Source: Schmidtea polychroa
Lineage: Eukaryota
Reading direction: 5' to 3'
Length of the DNA: 64,000 nt
Assembly: GCA_044892525.1 (NCBI GenBank)
Contig: CM097885.1
Span: 52,206,001-52,270,000, forward strand
The translations under genes were made by a program, and so were the position numbers. Positions 13,586-27,794 of this stretch are shown here, one piece after another. Under the pieces are notes generated by a model, which was not told the DNA's origin, ran no database searches, and saw only the letters and a program-made list of their open reading frames with translations. The first letter of the stretch is position 1. Each line of letters begins with the position of its first letter.

Positions 13586-14700
13586 CCACGTTTTTAGTGT
13601 AGACCACCTTTTTCTCAGGTCCAAGGAGACTCACCTCACTATAGTCTGAAAAATCCTTGGCTTTTTTAGTGTAGACCGCCTATTTGTATTGAAAATATCC
13701 TGAGACCTTAAATTACCATGCTTTTTTATTGAAGACCGCCTTTTTGTATTGAAAAAATATTTTTGTATTGAAAATCCCAGGACCAAGGAGACCCACCTGA
13801 ATTGACCTAGAAAAATCCATGCTTTTTTAGTGAGACCGCCTTTTTGTATTGAAAAAATTTTATTTGTATTGAAAATCCCAGGACCATCGTTTTTGTATAG
13901 AAAAAATTTTATTTGTATTGAAAATCCCAGGACCATCGAGACCCCCTCACTATAGTCTGAAAATTCCATGCTTTTTAAGTGGTAGTCGGATTTTTGTATT
14001 GAAAATATCATGAGACCATAAATTACCATGCTTTTTTATTGATAGTCGGATTTTTGTATTGAAAATATCATGAGACCTTAAATTACCATGCTTTTTTATT
14101 GGTAGTCGGATTTTTGTATTGAAAATATCCTGAGACCTTAAATTACCATGCTTTTTTAGTGTAGACCAGCTTTTTGTATTGAAAATATCCTGAGACCTTA
14201 AATTACCACGTTTTTTTTTTAGTGTAGACCACCTATTTCTCAGGACCAAGGAGACTCACCTCACTATAGTCTGAAAAATCCTTGGCTTTTTTAGTGTAGA
14301 CCACCTATTTGTATTGAAAATATCCTGAGACCTTAAATTACCATGCTTTTTAGTGTAGACCACCTATTTCTCAGGACCAAGGAGACTCACCTCACTATAG
14401 TCTGAAAAATCCTTGGCTTTTTTTAGTGTAGACCACCTATTTGTATTGAAAATATCCTGAGACCTTAAATTACCACGTTTTTCTAGTGTAGACCACCTAT
14501 TTCTCAGGACCAAGGAGACTCACCTCACTATAGTCTGAAAAATCCTTGGCTTTTTTAGTGGTAGTCGGATTTTTGTATAGAAAAATTTTTTTTGTATTGA
14601 AAATTCCAGGACCATCGTTTTTGTATAGAAAAAATTTTTTTGTATTGAAAATCCCAGGACCATCGAGACCTCCTCACTATAGTGTGATAAAAAAATAATT
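13586..14700. repeat. Subterminal composite ~60-bp tandem array (TTTTTGTATTGAAAATATCCTGAGACCTTAAATTACCATGC... / CAGGACCAAGGAGACTCACCTCACTATAGT)
   Basis: An exact 60-bp period is evident in 13990-14210, interleaved with a second module. It produces the repetitive ORFs at 13631-14249. Confidence 0.9.
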
Positions 14701-14826
14701 TGGACCAAAAATCCCTGAAAGCAAAAAATGTGAGTTGGAACAATTGCGTAACAAAAAGTTGGAACAATTTTACCCCCCCCCCCCCCCGGGGGGGTAATTG
14801 TTCCAGTGGGCTACTATCTACCTACT

Positions 14827-14931
14827 ACCGTATTACCGGTAATTTAGTAAATATTTTTACCGGTAAACGCTAATGTAAAAATGCGCAATTTACCGGTAAA
14901 CGGTAAAGGTTTTTACCGGTAGAGGAACTAT
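14827..14931. repeat. Short TACCGGTA-repeat element remnant, probably the target interrupted by the giant element
   Basis: Four TACCGGTA copies lie in about 100 bp immediately after the AGTAG terminus. Confidence 0.35.
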
Positions 14932-15446
14932 AAGGCTGTACAACATCATTCTTGGACTCTCAGTCTGTATGTTTTGAAGAACCCAAAAATTGTTTGCACC
15001 TAAAGCCTATTTTCGTGTAAATGTTCCACTGAAATTAAAAATTATATTTTTCTTTGAATTAACATTTCTTTAATGTTTTTTAAATACTTTTAATTTTTTA
15101 ATATTACTAATATTTTTATTGAAGTTAAACTTACATATATATTATAAGTTTCAGGTCATTTATGATTAATATGTCCTCGAGTCATCTCGTTGCCCATAAT
15201 TATTGTTATTTGTCAGAATTTTTTCTTTATTGACAATAAACGTTTTTGGGTTTAAATTTGTAGTTTAAATATAATAACACGTGAAGTCAGAACATAATTT
15301 ATTCCTGCAAAAATCGTGTTTAAAACCAAAAAAATATTCTTCAAATTATATTATATTATTATATTATTATAATCTTGTTTATTACTTACTTTCATATACT
15401 AAAGTCACAGTAAGCCATTTAGTAAATAGAATCAATATGACTATTA

Positions 15447-17283
15447 CCGTATATACTTGTGTATAAGTCGAGAAATTTACGTCAAATTTTCAAGTCAAAA
15501 TAGCCACTTCGACTTATACGCGGGTCAATATAATATTAAATTAATTTTTCAAGTTTTTTTAAATCATATTTATTTATATTAAATTATATACCAGTAATTG
15601 AAAATGGATTATTTCATCATAATTAAATTAATTTTCTATTAACTTATTAAACCAAAAAGCATTTATTAAGAAATGTTATTTAATAACCGACAGGTTTGCA
15701 ACAGTTCAAAACAGTAATATACAATTATTCAATTGATTAACTTACAAATGGTTTATCAATTCATTTGAATTCTTAAGTTGAAAAACGAAAACCCTCAGTT
15801 GTTAAAAAAATGAAACGAAGTCGTGATTCATACGAAACTGGATTTAAGTTACGAGTTGTGGAGCTGGCTGAGAAAAATGGTAACTCAAAAGCTGCCAGAG
15901 AAAACAACATTAGTGAGAAGCTTGCGCAAGATTGGAGAAAAAATAAAAGTGATCTTACTGAAATACCAAAAACAAAACGTGCAAGACTAGGAGGTATCCC
16001 ATCATTTCTGGGTTTAGAAACAGAAATCAACGAATGGATTTTGAAGCAACGCCAAAATGGATTTATAGTCACAAGAGGATCCATTCGGTTTCGTGCCCAT
16101 CAATTAAAAAAAAGTGATATGTATCAAGACCAGTCTAATATTTCAACATTCAAAGCATCACCTGGATGGTGTACAAGGTTTATGAATCGGAATTCATTAA
16201 CACTCAGGCAGAGAACAAAGATTGCATAGAAACTTCCAGGTGTGTTGGAAGACAAAGTGTTTTTCTTTCATTCTTTTGTCATTAATCTAAGAAAAAAACA
16301 TGGATATGAACTTTCACAAATTGGAAATATGGATGAAACTCCAATGACCTTTGATTTGCCTGGAAATCAAACAGTTGACTCAGTTGGAGCAAAAACAATC
16401 ATGATCAAAACAACAGGACATGAAAGAACACATTTTATCGTTGTGTTGGCTTGCATGGCAGATGGAGTAAAATTAAAGCCCGTTGTCATCTTTAAACGAA
16501 AAACTCTTCCTAAGGGTGCCAAATTCCCACTCGGAGTTATTGTTCAAGCACATCCTAAAGGATGGATGGATGAGAAAGGAACACAATCTTGGATAAGCAA
16601 CGTCTGGAACAAAAGGCCGGGAGGGATGCTCAATAAGAGATCAATGTTATAGTGGGACATGTTCCGTGCTCATCTTACAGATGGTTTTAAGAAAACACCA
16701 GCTATCCTTAAAACTGACCTTGCTGTTATTTCAGGAGGCCTAACATCTGTTCTCCAGCCATTGGATATCTGAACACACCTTTTAAAGATCGAGTTCGCAA
16801 AATGTGGGCTGAATGGATGAGTTCCGGTTCAGCAACTCTCACTAAAAGTGGCAATTTACAGAAACCCGACATAACTCTTGTAGCTGGTTGGGTTGATGAG
16901 GCTTGGAAATCGATCCCAGAAGAAATGATCAAATATTCATTTCTTAAATGTGGCATCAGCAATGCTATGGATCGAACTGAAAATGATGCTTTTTTCGTAG
17001 ACGATTCTGACGATCAGGCAGATGTCGAAGTTTACTCTGAAGATAATGATCACACAGATGACCATGTTCGAGATGTTTCAGAGGAGGTCTAAAATGAACT
17101 TTTTGACGACTAATCAAACAATCACAATTTATTCATCCTATTAAAAATATTTTATGTCATTATTTTTCAATAAAATTTTTCAATGTTTTTGTTTAATTTT
17201 TTACTTTGACTTATACCCGAGTTTCCAATTTGGGACTTAAAAACCTCTTAAAATTTCTACTTCGACATACGCGAGTATATAGT
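15447..17283 (+). mobile_element. pogo-superfamily (DD35D, POGK/Passer-like) DNA transposon, decayed
   Basis: TA|CCGTATATACTTGTGTATAAGTCGA left TIR; degenerate right TIR TCGAC-ATACGCGAGTATATA at 17262-17281; subterminal GACTTATAC repeats at ~15511 and ~17208. Confidence 0.85.
15810..17092 (+). pseudogene. pogo transposase pseudogene (Brinker-type DBD, CENP-B HTH, DDE_1)
   Basis: Motifs YETGFKLRVVELAE, FKASPGWCTRFMNR, NMDETP, WDMFRAH and LQPLD, with 35 residues between the 2nd and 3rd D. In-frame stops at 16227-16229 and 16650-16652 and a frameshift near 16770. Confidence 0.92.
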
Positions 17284-18698
17284 TTATTCATTAAATTTAT
17301 TCATCTTAATACAAAAATTTAAAAAAAAAACTACATTTTGTTTTATTTTCTTCCGGCATTTGAAATGTTTGAGCGCAGTGAATGTTTCAATATGCCCTTC
17401 ATAAAAGTTTCCCTTTATTGTAACAAGATTTGGAAATTTGTTACTAAAAGAAATATTATAACAATGCACATGAATAAACTGTTTGAAGTAAAAAAATTGT
17501 TCTTACTGACTGATAAAAATAAAAAGCGGTCGTCTTTAATTTATTGTAATAATTTCATTATCAGTAACAACTTTCAGTTACTATTGTAAATTCAAATGAA
17601 AAACATTCCTGATCATATTTATTAATAAAATATTTTCAAACTAAGATTTTATATATATTTTAAAAAATAGAAATAAAAAAAAATTAGTTTCAAAATCTAA
17701 GATTTAATTTAATTTTTTATATAAAAAGAATATTCATTTAAACAAAAGGAAACATTTTTAGATATAATTGTAATTTTCTATCACATATATAAATTTAAAT
17801 ATAACATAATAATTCATGTTAAAGTAAAATAAATTTTAATAAAAATTATAAAATTAATCACCAAATAAGCATGCAATAATACAATAAGTGGAGATACGTT
17901 GTTTTAATTAGTTAACATGCATAAGTTCTTTAATATATATAAAGATTTTATTATTTCGTACAGAATGTATAATACATAGATGTTTTATTGATAAAAAAAA
18001 TAAGTTGCTTACACTGAGAGTACACAAAATTGTATTTGTAATATTTAGTGCTCGGATACAAGCAATATCATATCCTTTTTTCGCAGCTTATTTTGACTCA
18101 GTCTTATTCGATCTTTTTTAACTTTATCACTTTCTCATTTAAATAAAATTTAGTTTAATTAATTATGAAACCTGTTAAAACAGTTAATCAATTGGTAATC
18201 ATTTGGTGTTGTGACCTTTTCGTTCTTTTTGAACTCTCTTAAAAGTGTTAAAATTTTCAATATTTTCAGGTTTTAAACATTCAAAGCAACAGATAAAAAT
18301 GACATGTCATTTAATAAATTTGACGATTTTATGGAAAAATTTTGTCTTTATATTTGATTTAACGCTAATCAGTCCAGGTTGTCTTTGGACACATTTCAAC
18401 TTTATATCACGATATTTCCGTTTAAAAAAAATTTTACAACTAATTTTTTATGTGTTCCCAGCTCACAAATCTAAATACATAATTGTAATTAGATAACTGT
18501 ATTACAATAAATATACAATTATTACACTCAAGCCCAAGTTGTGTCCCAAAGACAAATATTAACATACATACCAATTCTTACTGCATACGGTTGCATTATC
18601 TATATTTTCTCTCTTACGATCAATCTCAACCGTTTTTCTTTTAATGTAAAATAAAAAAGGCAACTTGGAGTTTTGCTATGACAATATCATTCGACCTT

Positions 18699-18736
18699 CT
18701 ATAGAGTTTTGATTTGAAATATTTGAATGTTTTTAA
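18699..18736 (-). CDS. Candidate short terminal coding exon of the L1-like gene (VKNIQIFQIKTL*)
   Basis: Acceptor TTTCAACAG is phase-compatible with the phase-1 donor at 18902 and reaches TAG after 12 codons. Other acceptors further downstream are possible. Confidence 0.35.
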
Positions 18737-18902
18737 CTGTTGAAAGTTTTATATAAATAAATAAAAAAAGATATAATTAATATTTAAAATGTCTTCGATT
18801 TTTTATCATTTTTCTCAATTTTATTATTTGTTATTGTAAAAAAAATGCATATAAAACATTGATTTGTAAGTTTTTTTGTAATATTTTTATATTATAGATT
18901 AC

Positions 18903-19278
18903 CTTCAACTTGAAGTTCAATTTTCCGAAGATCCCAATCAATGCCATTTGAAGCATTACAATTATAAAATCCAGAATCCCTTGTCGTGAGAGATTCGACT
19001 TTTAAAACACTGCTTAATATAGCGGCCGAATGTGATTTTACGACTTTTAGAAGCTCATTTTTCTTCCACCATTCAATTTTAAGATTTTCGCCCTCTTGTA
19101 TATCAGTTCTAGCTGAACATTCTAAAGTCACATCAAGACCGATTTGATTTCTTTTGTTCGGAGACACAGAAATAATTTTTGTCGGCTCTCTAATGATAAT
19201 TGTGCTTTCGTTTTTTGTCTGACCAAAAATATTGGATGCCAAGCATTCATAAACTCCGGCATCATTTGAATTTAGATT
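18903..19278 (-). CDS. L1-CAM/neuroglian-like gene, exon with the end of Ig5 and Ig6
   Basis: NDAGVYECLASNIFG...VTLECSA...IEWWK...DSGFYNCNASN. AG acceptor at 19279-80 and GT donor at 18901-02; 56-bp upstream intron. Confidence 0.9.
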
Positions 19279-19334
19279 CTAAAAATGGTAAATAAAAAGC
19301 AATAAAATTATTAATTTGTTACATTTAAACTTAC

Positions 19335-19631
19335 CTTTATAATGAGGTTACCATTGTCATCCATTGAATATTTATTTGTTAGTATAAGATTAAGGTTATA
19401 AGAGTCTTTCCTCCAAATTATTCTTGGTGGTGGAACACTAAACGCCTGGCAATTAATTTGAACATTCATTTTCAAAACACCCTTAATGTATTTTTGAGGA
19501 GGAACTAACAAGAGAGGTTTTCTATTCCAAACATTAATAAATGCATTGGTATAAACATATCCGTAAATATTGGACGCATTACATTGAATTATGGTGACGT
19601 CTTTTGTTGTAAGGTTGTTCAGATATAATTT
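19335..19631 (-). CDS. L1-CAM/neuroglian-like gene, exon with the end of Ig4 and start of Ig5
   Basis: IQCNASNIYGYVYTNAFINV resembles the L1-family Ig4 C-terminal motif; also NCQAFSVPPPRIIW. 297 bp, phase 0/0, canonical splice sites. Confidence 0.9.
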
Positions 19632-21192
19632 CTAAATAAAAAAAGTTACTTGGAAAACCATTGATAGTTTTAAGAATTTATATAAATAATATATAAATAT
19701 ATTATTAAATACTGAAGGATAAGTTTGTGAGGGATCACCAATCCTTTGGAAAATACGTTATATATTATCTTAAAATCATGAAAGGTTTTGGAAATTTGAG
19801 TGTACAAAATATTATTTAATCTTGCATAATAATTGTAGTATAAATAATTCTTTCTAATTGAAATTATATCCAATAACCCATTCGAGACTTACATGAACTT
19901 AAATTTCAATACTTTCTCAACAAGCTTCTCAGAGAATTTCAGAGAAAATGCTTGAAATGATATAAATGTCATTCAAATGTCATTCAAAGATTTCAAAGTA
20001 AAAATTATAAGATAAGTCATCGAAAGATTTGAGTAAAAAGACCTTTGACAGTAGGATGGTAACCAACCTCTTACATCAAGAAACTTCATCAAAATTTTCA
20101 ATAAATTTTCATTTTTTTAATCAGAAACTGGAGCATAGTTTCACAAAATAAATATCATTTTACAGAAAATAAAATTAAAAGTAAAAACTGAAACCAATGA
20201 CATATATTCATATTTTTATTCAAAGGTGTATTTATATACAAATTATTATGAAAATTAAAAATAAAATATTATTAATGATAATTTTGTAGGAAGGTTATTT
20301 TTTGTAACATTCTTCAACATGCATGCAAAATTTATTATAATATTTGTCGTATTAAAATGGAGTCATTTTTCTTCCGCATATGGCTTTTCTATTTGAGCAT
20401 ACAGCTTCACTTTGCAATAAAAATATTTTTTTATTTTATCAGTTTTATGTAAACAAATTATTTTTAGAAGTTGAAGAATTTCGAGACTAACTATCACGTC
20501 TACACCATTTAATAGAGAAATCCTTACTGGAGAAAACACAACTCTTTTTTCATGTTTTCAAACTGAAAACTGAAGTTGTCAAAATTAAATATGTCACTCG
20601 TGTATTGCAAACAATTATCAATCACATCTAGATTATTTCTTTTAAATTTTAAAATTTTAACATAGCAAAATTGTTAAATATTTTTTATATTTTCAACTTT
20701 TTGGCCATATCTTATTAAAGATGTTAAAAATTTTCAAATAAAATATTTGGAAGGAACATGGTCAGTGTAATCGTTTGATTAAAATTGCATATTCAACTGT
20801 AAATTTGGAAACTTCGGTAAATAAAGTTTAAAAAATTGAAATAAACCAAGTTTTAATAATATAAAAATTACATTCGTCAAAAAGATTTGTTATAAATTAT
20901 TTTAATTTTAAATATTTAAATTTTTTTTACGTTAATCCTATGGATTTTTAAAAGAAATACTTTGACTTATTTTGACTTTCAGAAATTAATTATTTTTTGG
21001 CAGGCGAGTGGGCTTCAGGAATTCAAATGAGACAATTAATATTTATTATAAATCACTTCCAAACAACAATTAGGGTAGTAATGAATGGTCTGATAAATTG
21101 AAAGGAAAAACTAATTCAATTATTTCGATTATTGCAATATTTCTTTTAATGAAAATGTTATATTACGAATTTGTTTAAATGAGGATATTAAT

Positions 21193-22058
<866 letters not shown>

Positions 22059-24958
22059 TGAGAGGAAGCAGCAAATAGAAAAGTCTATGGACATGGTCCT
22101 AAAGTAATCAATCAAAATGATTATTTTACTAAATAAACAAAATCAAAATCGCATGCTGCCGCATTTTTCTCAGATAAAAAAGAACAAGCTAAACAAATGG
22201 ATTAAGGAGTGAACGGTGAAAGGATTAATAGGAAAAATAATACGAAACTGTAAAAAGTTTGTAAGATAAAAGAGATAAAGAAGAGTCAAAATTCATTTTA
22301 ATTAAATACTCTTATTAATCATTGTGCTTGAAGCGATTCAATTGTATATTTAATATTCAATATACGTTTTGAGTTGTTGTTTATTTATTTTTATCAAAGA
22401 ACACAAGTAATTAAAAATATAGATTATTGTCAATAAACTTACAAAGATTCTAAAAATATTATTAATAAGACATTAAAGTTAAAATACACATTTCCAATAT
22501 TAAAATGTTAACAAAGGGTTACAAATACCATTGGTAACTTATTCTTTGTGACTTTTGATGATAAAATCATTTTATCCAAAGATTATATATACAAAATGCA
22601 TTAAATTTATTTTTAGAGTGTTTAATAAATTTTATTAGGCTTAATACATTTTATTTGCTTCTGAACATATAATTATGTAATTACTAATAAACCAATAAGT
22701 GACATCGTTTTAATTAAATTTATTTAGTGACTTATGTCAAAATATATTGAAAAATTTTTTTTTAAATGGTATTCTTTTATTTATATGAAAAAACACCATT
22801 ATTCTTCAATAATTTATTTACATATTCATTTTAAAATTATAAATTGAACAAAGTATTAGAAAAACAAAAATATTTCAAAGCTTGCTTAATTAAAGAAACA
22901 ATTTTCCTACATAAAATTTAATCTGATTATAAATGAATGTTTAATAAATATAATAGTCAGTAGTTTGCTGGCCAAAATTTAATATTTGAAATCTTTAAAG
23001 CTATTGTTGATTTTAAGAAAGAAGAAAAATATTGAAAGTCCTGAAATTTTATTATTCATTCTATTATAACTGAATATCATTTTAATCCATTTTTTAAGAA
23101 TATTTTATCAAAGTTAGTTCATTGTTTCTTTTTTTCATTTTAATGCTTTTGTAAAATTTATATACTTTGCTGATAATAAATTTACTCGCTGGCGTAATTA
23201 TTAAAGAAAAACATTTTTACCTCTCAAAATGTTGCAGAAATTAAACCCGACTAATATTTTCATTCGAATTCCATTGTATACGTTATTTTGAAATTTAAAA
23301 AAAAATTTTCATTTTACAAAAAACAGACATATATATATGAGCCGTTTATTTTTTATTTTATTTTGAAAATAAAGTTTTTTATCCTTCTATAAACAACTAG
23401 TTTTCGTTTTACAAAATCTTAGTGATTTTAAACATGAAGTGATGATTTCTTGGTTAAACAATTACGTATGTATATTATTTATAATTTACTTCAAAATGAA
23501 ACGGTAGCGTAAAAATGTAATCATTTAATATCTAGCTTGTTTTTTTGATAAATGGACCTTAGCCACTTTCCAAATAAACGGGTCATATATTCTCATATTT
23601 TGTCACACATTTATAATTTAAGTTTCTTCATCCTCTCTTTAAACACTTGTTTCGTTTATGTTGCTAAAATGTGACTTTCTGCTGAAATTCATCTGTGAAT
23701 TTGTTTTCAAATTTTTAACCATTATTTTTTACTATTTATCTTTTTGCATCCTTTCTAGTTTGCCACGAAATTACTTTATTCTTCATTATTTTACCTATTT
23801 TTGTGAGTTATTAATAATTGATATGATATTTCTCACGTACTTAAATTAATACAAATATGCATTATGATATTTATCCCAAATTATTGGCAATTCTTTTTTT
23901 GAGAATTGTATGTTTATTAATATTATTTATCAACCAAAAATAAACACATACATTGGGAAAATGTTTATCAATCTTTCAAATTAAAATAAATTTATTCCTT
24001 TATTTTAACATTATCATTTGTGATGTTATTTTCATCGTTTATTCTATTTCTATTCTTTATTATGATTTCACTGAATCTTATTTTAATTATTCATTAGAAA
24101 AAGTCAATTCTCCATAGTAAATTGTTAACTAGAAATTATTCATTTGAAAATAAATAAAAAATTGAAAATTAAATTAGTGGATAAAACCATTGGAAAACAT
24201 TTTGACACAAAAAAGATGAAAACTATGAATATTTATGAAATATGCGGAAATTAACTTTTGCAAGATCATTAAATTCAGATTAGTTTTAAAATATTTTTTC
24301 TATTGTTGTTTAAAAGAAAATTTTATTTTTATTCAAAAATAATAGTTTATTTGTTGTTATTAACACAGTTTTCTTACTCGTAACAAATACAATAAATATA
24401 ATATATATTAAATTACAGACAACCTATGGATTTTCATATAATAGTGGTTAACTATCTTGTATGCAGTTGCGAAGTGCTATTGTTATTGTTATTAATCCAA
24501 ACCTAAATTAAATTTTTTTATTTGAATAAAATAAATTTAAATATCATTTAAATGCTTTTTAATTTTTTCACCAATAATATATTTTTAAAAGATAAATTAA
24601 AGAAATATGGGAAAAATAATTTAAGTCGAATTTTTAGAAGAAGGATTTTAAAATATTTTGTGTTTAAATTAACTAAAAATTATTGACAAAAGTTAACAAA
24701 TTTTAAGAGTGCATTGACCTTGGATTTATTATTGTAAATATAAAAGAAGACGTGGACGCTTAGCTGAAGTCAACTTCTTTTGTCTTCAAAATATTGCTTT
24801 TAAAATTCTAAAATGAGGCTGATAATAAAAAGTAGATTGGATACTCTGTAAAAAATAATATTGAAATACAGAATAAAAAAATGGTTTTGTGGCAAGAATT
24901 AAATATGATATTGAAATACTTTTGTTTTAAAATTTTGTTTTGAAAAGAAAAGTCTAAC

Positions 24959-25128
24959 ATTTCCATGTAAATGAATTCTATCTCCATTTAGATAGCGTCC
25001 AATTTCCTGTCCATTTGAAGTCCATCGAATTTCCGGTCTAGGCTCTCCTGATGCCTGGCATTCAAATATTGTTGATGAATTTATAGCAACAGTTTTGTCA
25101 ATTGGTTGATTAATAAAAATTGGTTTCT
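24959..25128 (-). CDS. L1-CAM/neuroglian-like gene, exon with the start of Ig4 (not in the ORF track)
   Basis: EKPIFINQPIDKTVAINSSTIFECQASGEPRPEIRWTSNG...LHGN. CAG acceptor and GT donor; phases match both neighbours. Confidence 0.9.
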
Positions 25129-26248
25129 CTGAAAAGAAATCGCTAGATAAAAAATGAAATTTATTTTATTAAGAATTGAAATTAATTAAGTCAAAATAGT
25201 TTAGATCGGTTTGAGTCAGACTAAATATAAGTCTGCCTCTATTTATTAAAAGAGAAGGCAGAATGAAACTATATAAAACTGAATAGTAAAGAATTTTAAT
25301 TAATCAAGAGGAATAAATAATAGAAACGCAGTTGTACATATGATTTTCAGATAATATGACCCCATAACTAATTTTTAATAATCCTTTCAAAAGTTTTGAG
25401 GCATTACATTTGCTTTCATAGGTGACGTTTACGTAAAATAATAAGTAATATATTTTTATAACGAAATAAAAAAATATTAAAAGCCATAAAGTACTTGTGT
25501 CTTATTTCTAAAAGGTTTTTAGTGTAATACAATGGTATTGTTAATTAATTACATAAACAATAAAACATTTTCTTTGACTACTTCTAAGAATACAATATTT
25601 GTCGCCTTCATAATCGACAGTTTTATGGGAGAACTTCTGACTGGCTTTACCTTTTGAAATTAAGGCATTAGAAATTTATTTTAAATGAAAGTTTGCAAAT
25701 AAAGTCTAAAATAACCCACTGGTTCTTTAATATGATCTATGATAAATATAAAATTGGGAAATTTCTACATGATTATTTATGTGCAATTCAATTAACAATC
25801 CAAATTTAACAAAATTCAAATAATTAATAAAATGCAAAAGAAAATGAATTAAAAATCCATATTTTTATTGTGAAACAGCAATGAACAAGTAGAAAATAAA
25901 AAAGATAAGTAACCTAGTTAATAATTTCAAACCAATAAGGGTCCCTGAACAATATTAATTAAAAGATAATAAATAATTGATTAATTAATTGATATAAACT
26001 ATTAATAAACCTATCAAGCAGAAAAAGAAAGTTTAACTCTGAATTGAGTAATTTAGAGCGAGCCCTACAGAAGATTATCATCAATTATCAATTTACTAAA
26101 TAAAGAGTAATAAAGAAAAAAGAGCTAATAATTAGTTTGATGCCGAATAAATATTCCAAACAGGAGGTTGCCTGTGGGGTTACCTACCATAAAGAAGAAA
26201 AGTGCAAGTTTTACATAGCGGAGTCTAATTAATTTTAATCAGTATATA

Positions 26249-26475
26249 CACTCATACCTCGCTATACGACTGCTCTTTATACGGCTTTTCGCTATAACGG
26301 CCTACTTTAATTACGGCACTTTTTCGATTTACGGCCTAAAATGTTTCGTTATACGGCCAAAAAGAGTGTGAATTGTGTATGGAATTGTATCAAAATATTT
26401 GATTCGTTTTGCGGCGTTTCGCTTTGCGGCCAACTTTCCTGGAACGTATCTAGGCCGTAAAGCGAGGTATGAGTG
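26249..26475. mobile_element. Tigger/pogo-type MITE, 227 bp
   Basis: TA|CACTCATACCTCGCT...AGCGAGGTATGAGTG|TA, with internal TACGGC repeats. Confidence 0.85.
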
Positions 26476-26968
26476 TATTAGAGATTTGTGAATATATTGA
26501 AAAAACTACATTTCATTTCGTCGAGTCTTTGTATGTTATAAAAAGCACGCGGAATCAGTATTATCTATGCAGTATTATTTATACTAATAATTCAAAAACG
26601 CCCTAATTTAATATTCATTTTTAAGAGTGTCATTTAAAATCGATAATTTCTTTGATCTTCACTTGACTTTCAATTACAAATCAATGATTTTTCTTATTTT
26701 TTCCTATTTTCTTCAAGCGTTACTTCTTTAAACATATTAAAAATAAGTAAAAAGATTAAATGATTTTAATGAAATTTTAATTATAAAATAATTCCTTAAA
26801 AAATAAATAATTATTTTTATAAACCGTGCTTGATAAGGAATTTCTATATAAAATAGGCTTGTTTAATTAAGTGTATTATACATATGATTAATATAATGTT
26901 GAATTATTATTATTAAAATTTAGCTACAATCTACATATCATAAAATAGTATTAAACATAAATACTTAC

Positions 26969-27110
26969 CAACAACATTAATTGTAAACTTTATATTTAAA
27001 GTATTTTGTTCCTCAATGGGCTCACAAATATATTGTCCAGCATCTTTTCTATCGATATTTGAAATTTCTAAAGTTGTTCCTTTGCGAATGGTTTTGAATC
27101 TTTCCTTAGG
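26969..27110 (-). CDS. L1-CAM/neuroglian-like gene, exon with the end of Ig3 (not in the ORF track)
   Basis: GTTLEISNIDRKDAGQYICE...FTINVV; GTAAGT donor; 142 bp, phase 0/1. Confidence 0.9.
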
Positions 27111-27299
27111 CTTATTGAAAAATAAAATTATTACATTAATATGACTGAGTATAAAACTATTAATAAAAATATAAAAGCAATTTTTATTGATTTATTTTTA
27201 TTTCTAATATTTCTATGCTTTTGTTTTTTAGTAATTTTAAAAACGTACAATAAAACATTCAAACAAAACAAAAGCCAAGCTAACAGGAAAAAATGTTTA

Positions 27300-27342
<43 letters not shown>

Positions 27343-27384
27343 GCAAAATTTTCTAATTTAATTTTTGGTAATTTTGAATAACAC

Positions 27385-27458
<74 letters not shown>

Positions 27459-27513
27459 TATTATTATTATAATAAAAATTACAATAATAGTTATTTAATT
27501 AAAATTAAATTAC

Positions 27514-27794
27514 TTTAATTTCAACATTTTTGTCAAGCAGTCTAAACCAACGAACGGAGCCACGAGAAAAAATACAACTAAGCAAGACTGTTGTATTGAG
27601 GAGGACTGTATTTTCTAAATTTGAATTATACAGAGTTATAAGTGGCTTTAATAGATGTGACGATATGGAATCAGGCTTTATTTTTATTTTTGTATCTGCC
27701 CCACGTTTCATTGTTCTCAGGAAATTGTTCGTTGATATGCAAGAATAAATTTCCCCATCGTCCTCGTCAATAATTTTGGTAATATGAAGATTTC
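27514..27794 (-). CDS. L1-CAM/neuroglian-like gene, exon with the end of Ig2 and start of Ig3
   Basis: GNLHITKIIDEDDGEIYSCISTNNFLRTMKRG...VLLSCIFSRGSVRW; phase 1/0 fits both neighbours. Confidence 0.88.

Larger units (their letters stand above)
1..14826. mobile_element. Giant non-coding palindromic element with a Polinton/Maverick-like right terminus (left end outside the window)
   Basis: 1-5880 is the reverse complement of 6793-12804. Repeat arrays continue to ...GGGCTACTATCTACCTACT at 14826 (minus strand AGTAGGTAGATAGTAG), an AG-starting short-repeat terminus like the AGTAGT ends of the polB-bearing element at 36760. No credible ORF inside. Confidence 0.6.

Noticed and set aside
13626..14682. 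T7-promoter-like CTCACTATAG and BsaI-like GAGACC sites suggesting synthetic DNA
   Set aside because: The TAATACGA part is absent, and the motifs are units of a degenerate natural array.
12960..14700. CRISPR-like array
   Set aside because: Units are contiguous degenerate tandem repeats without unique spacers; eukaryotic context and no cas genes.
13631..14767. ORFs of 62-132 aa with KKHGNLRSQDIFNTK repeats
   Set aside because: A 60-bp period keeps frames open by chance; no domain signal.
19700..20620. Possible very decayed transposase-like sequence in the intron
   Set aside because: No convincing motif or termini could be established by eye.
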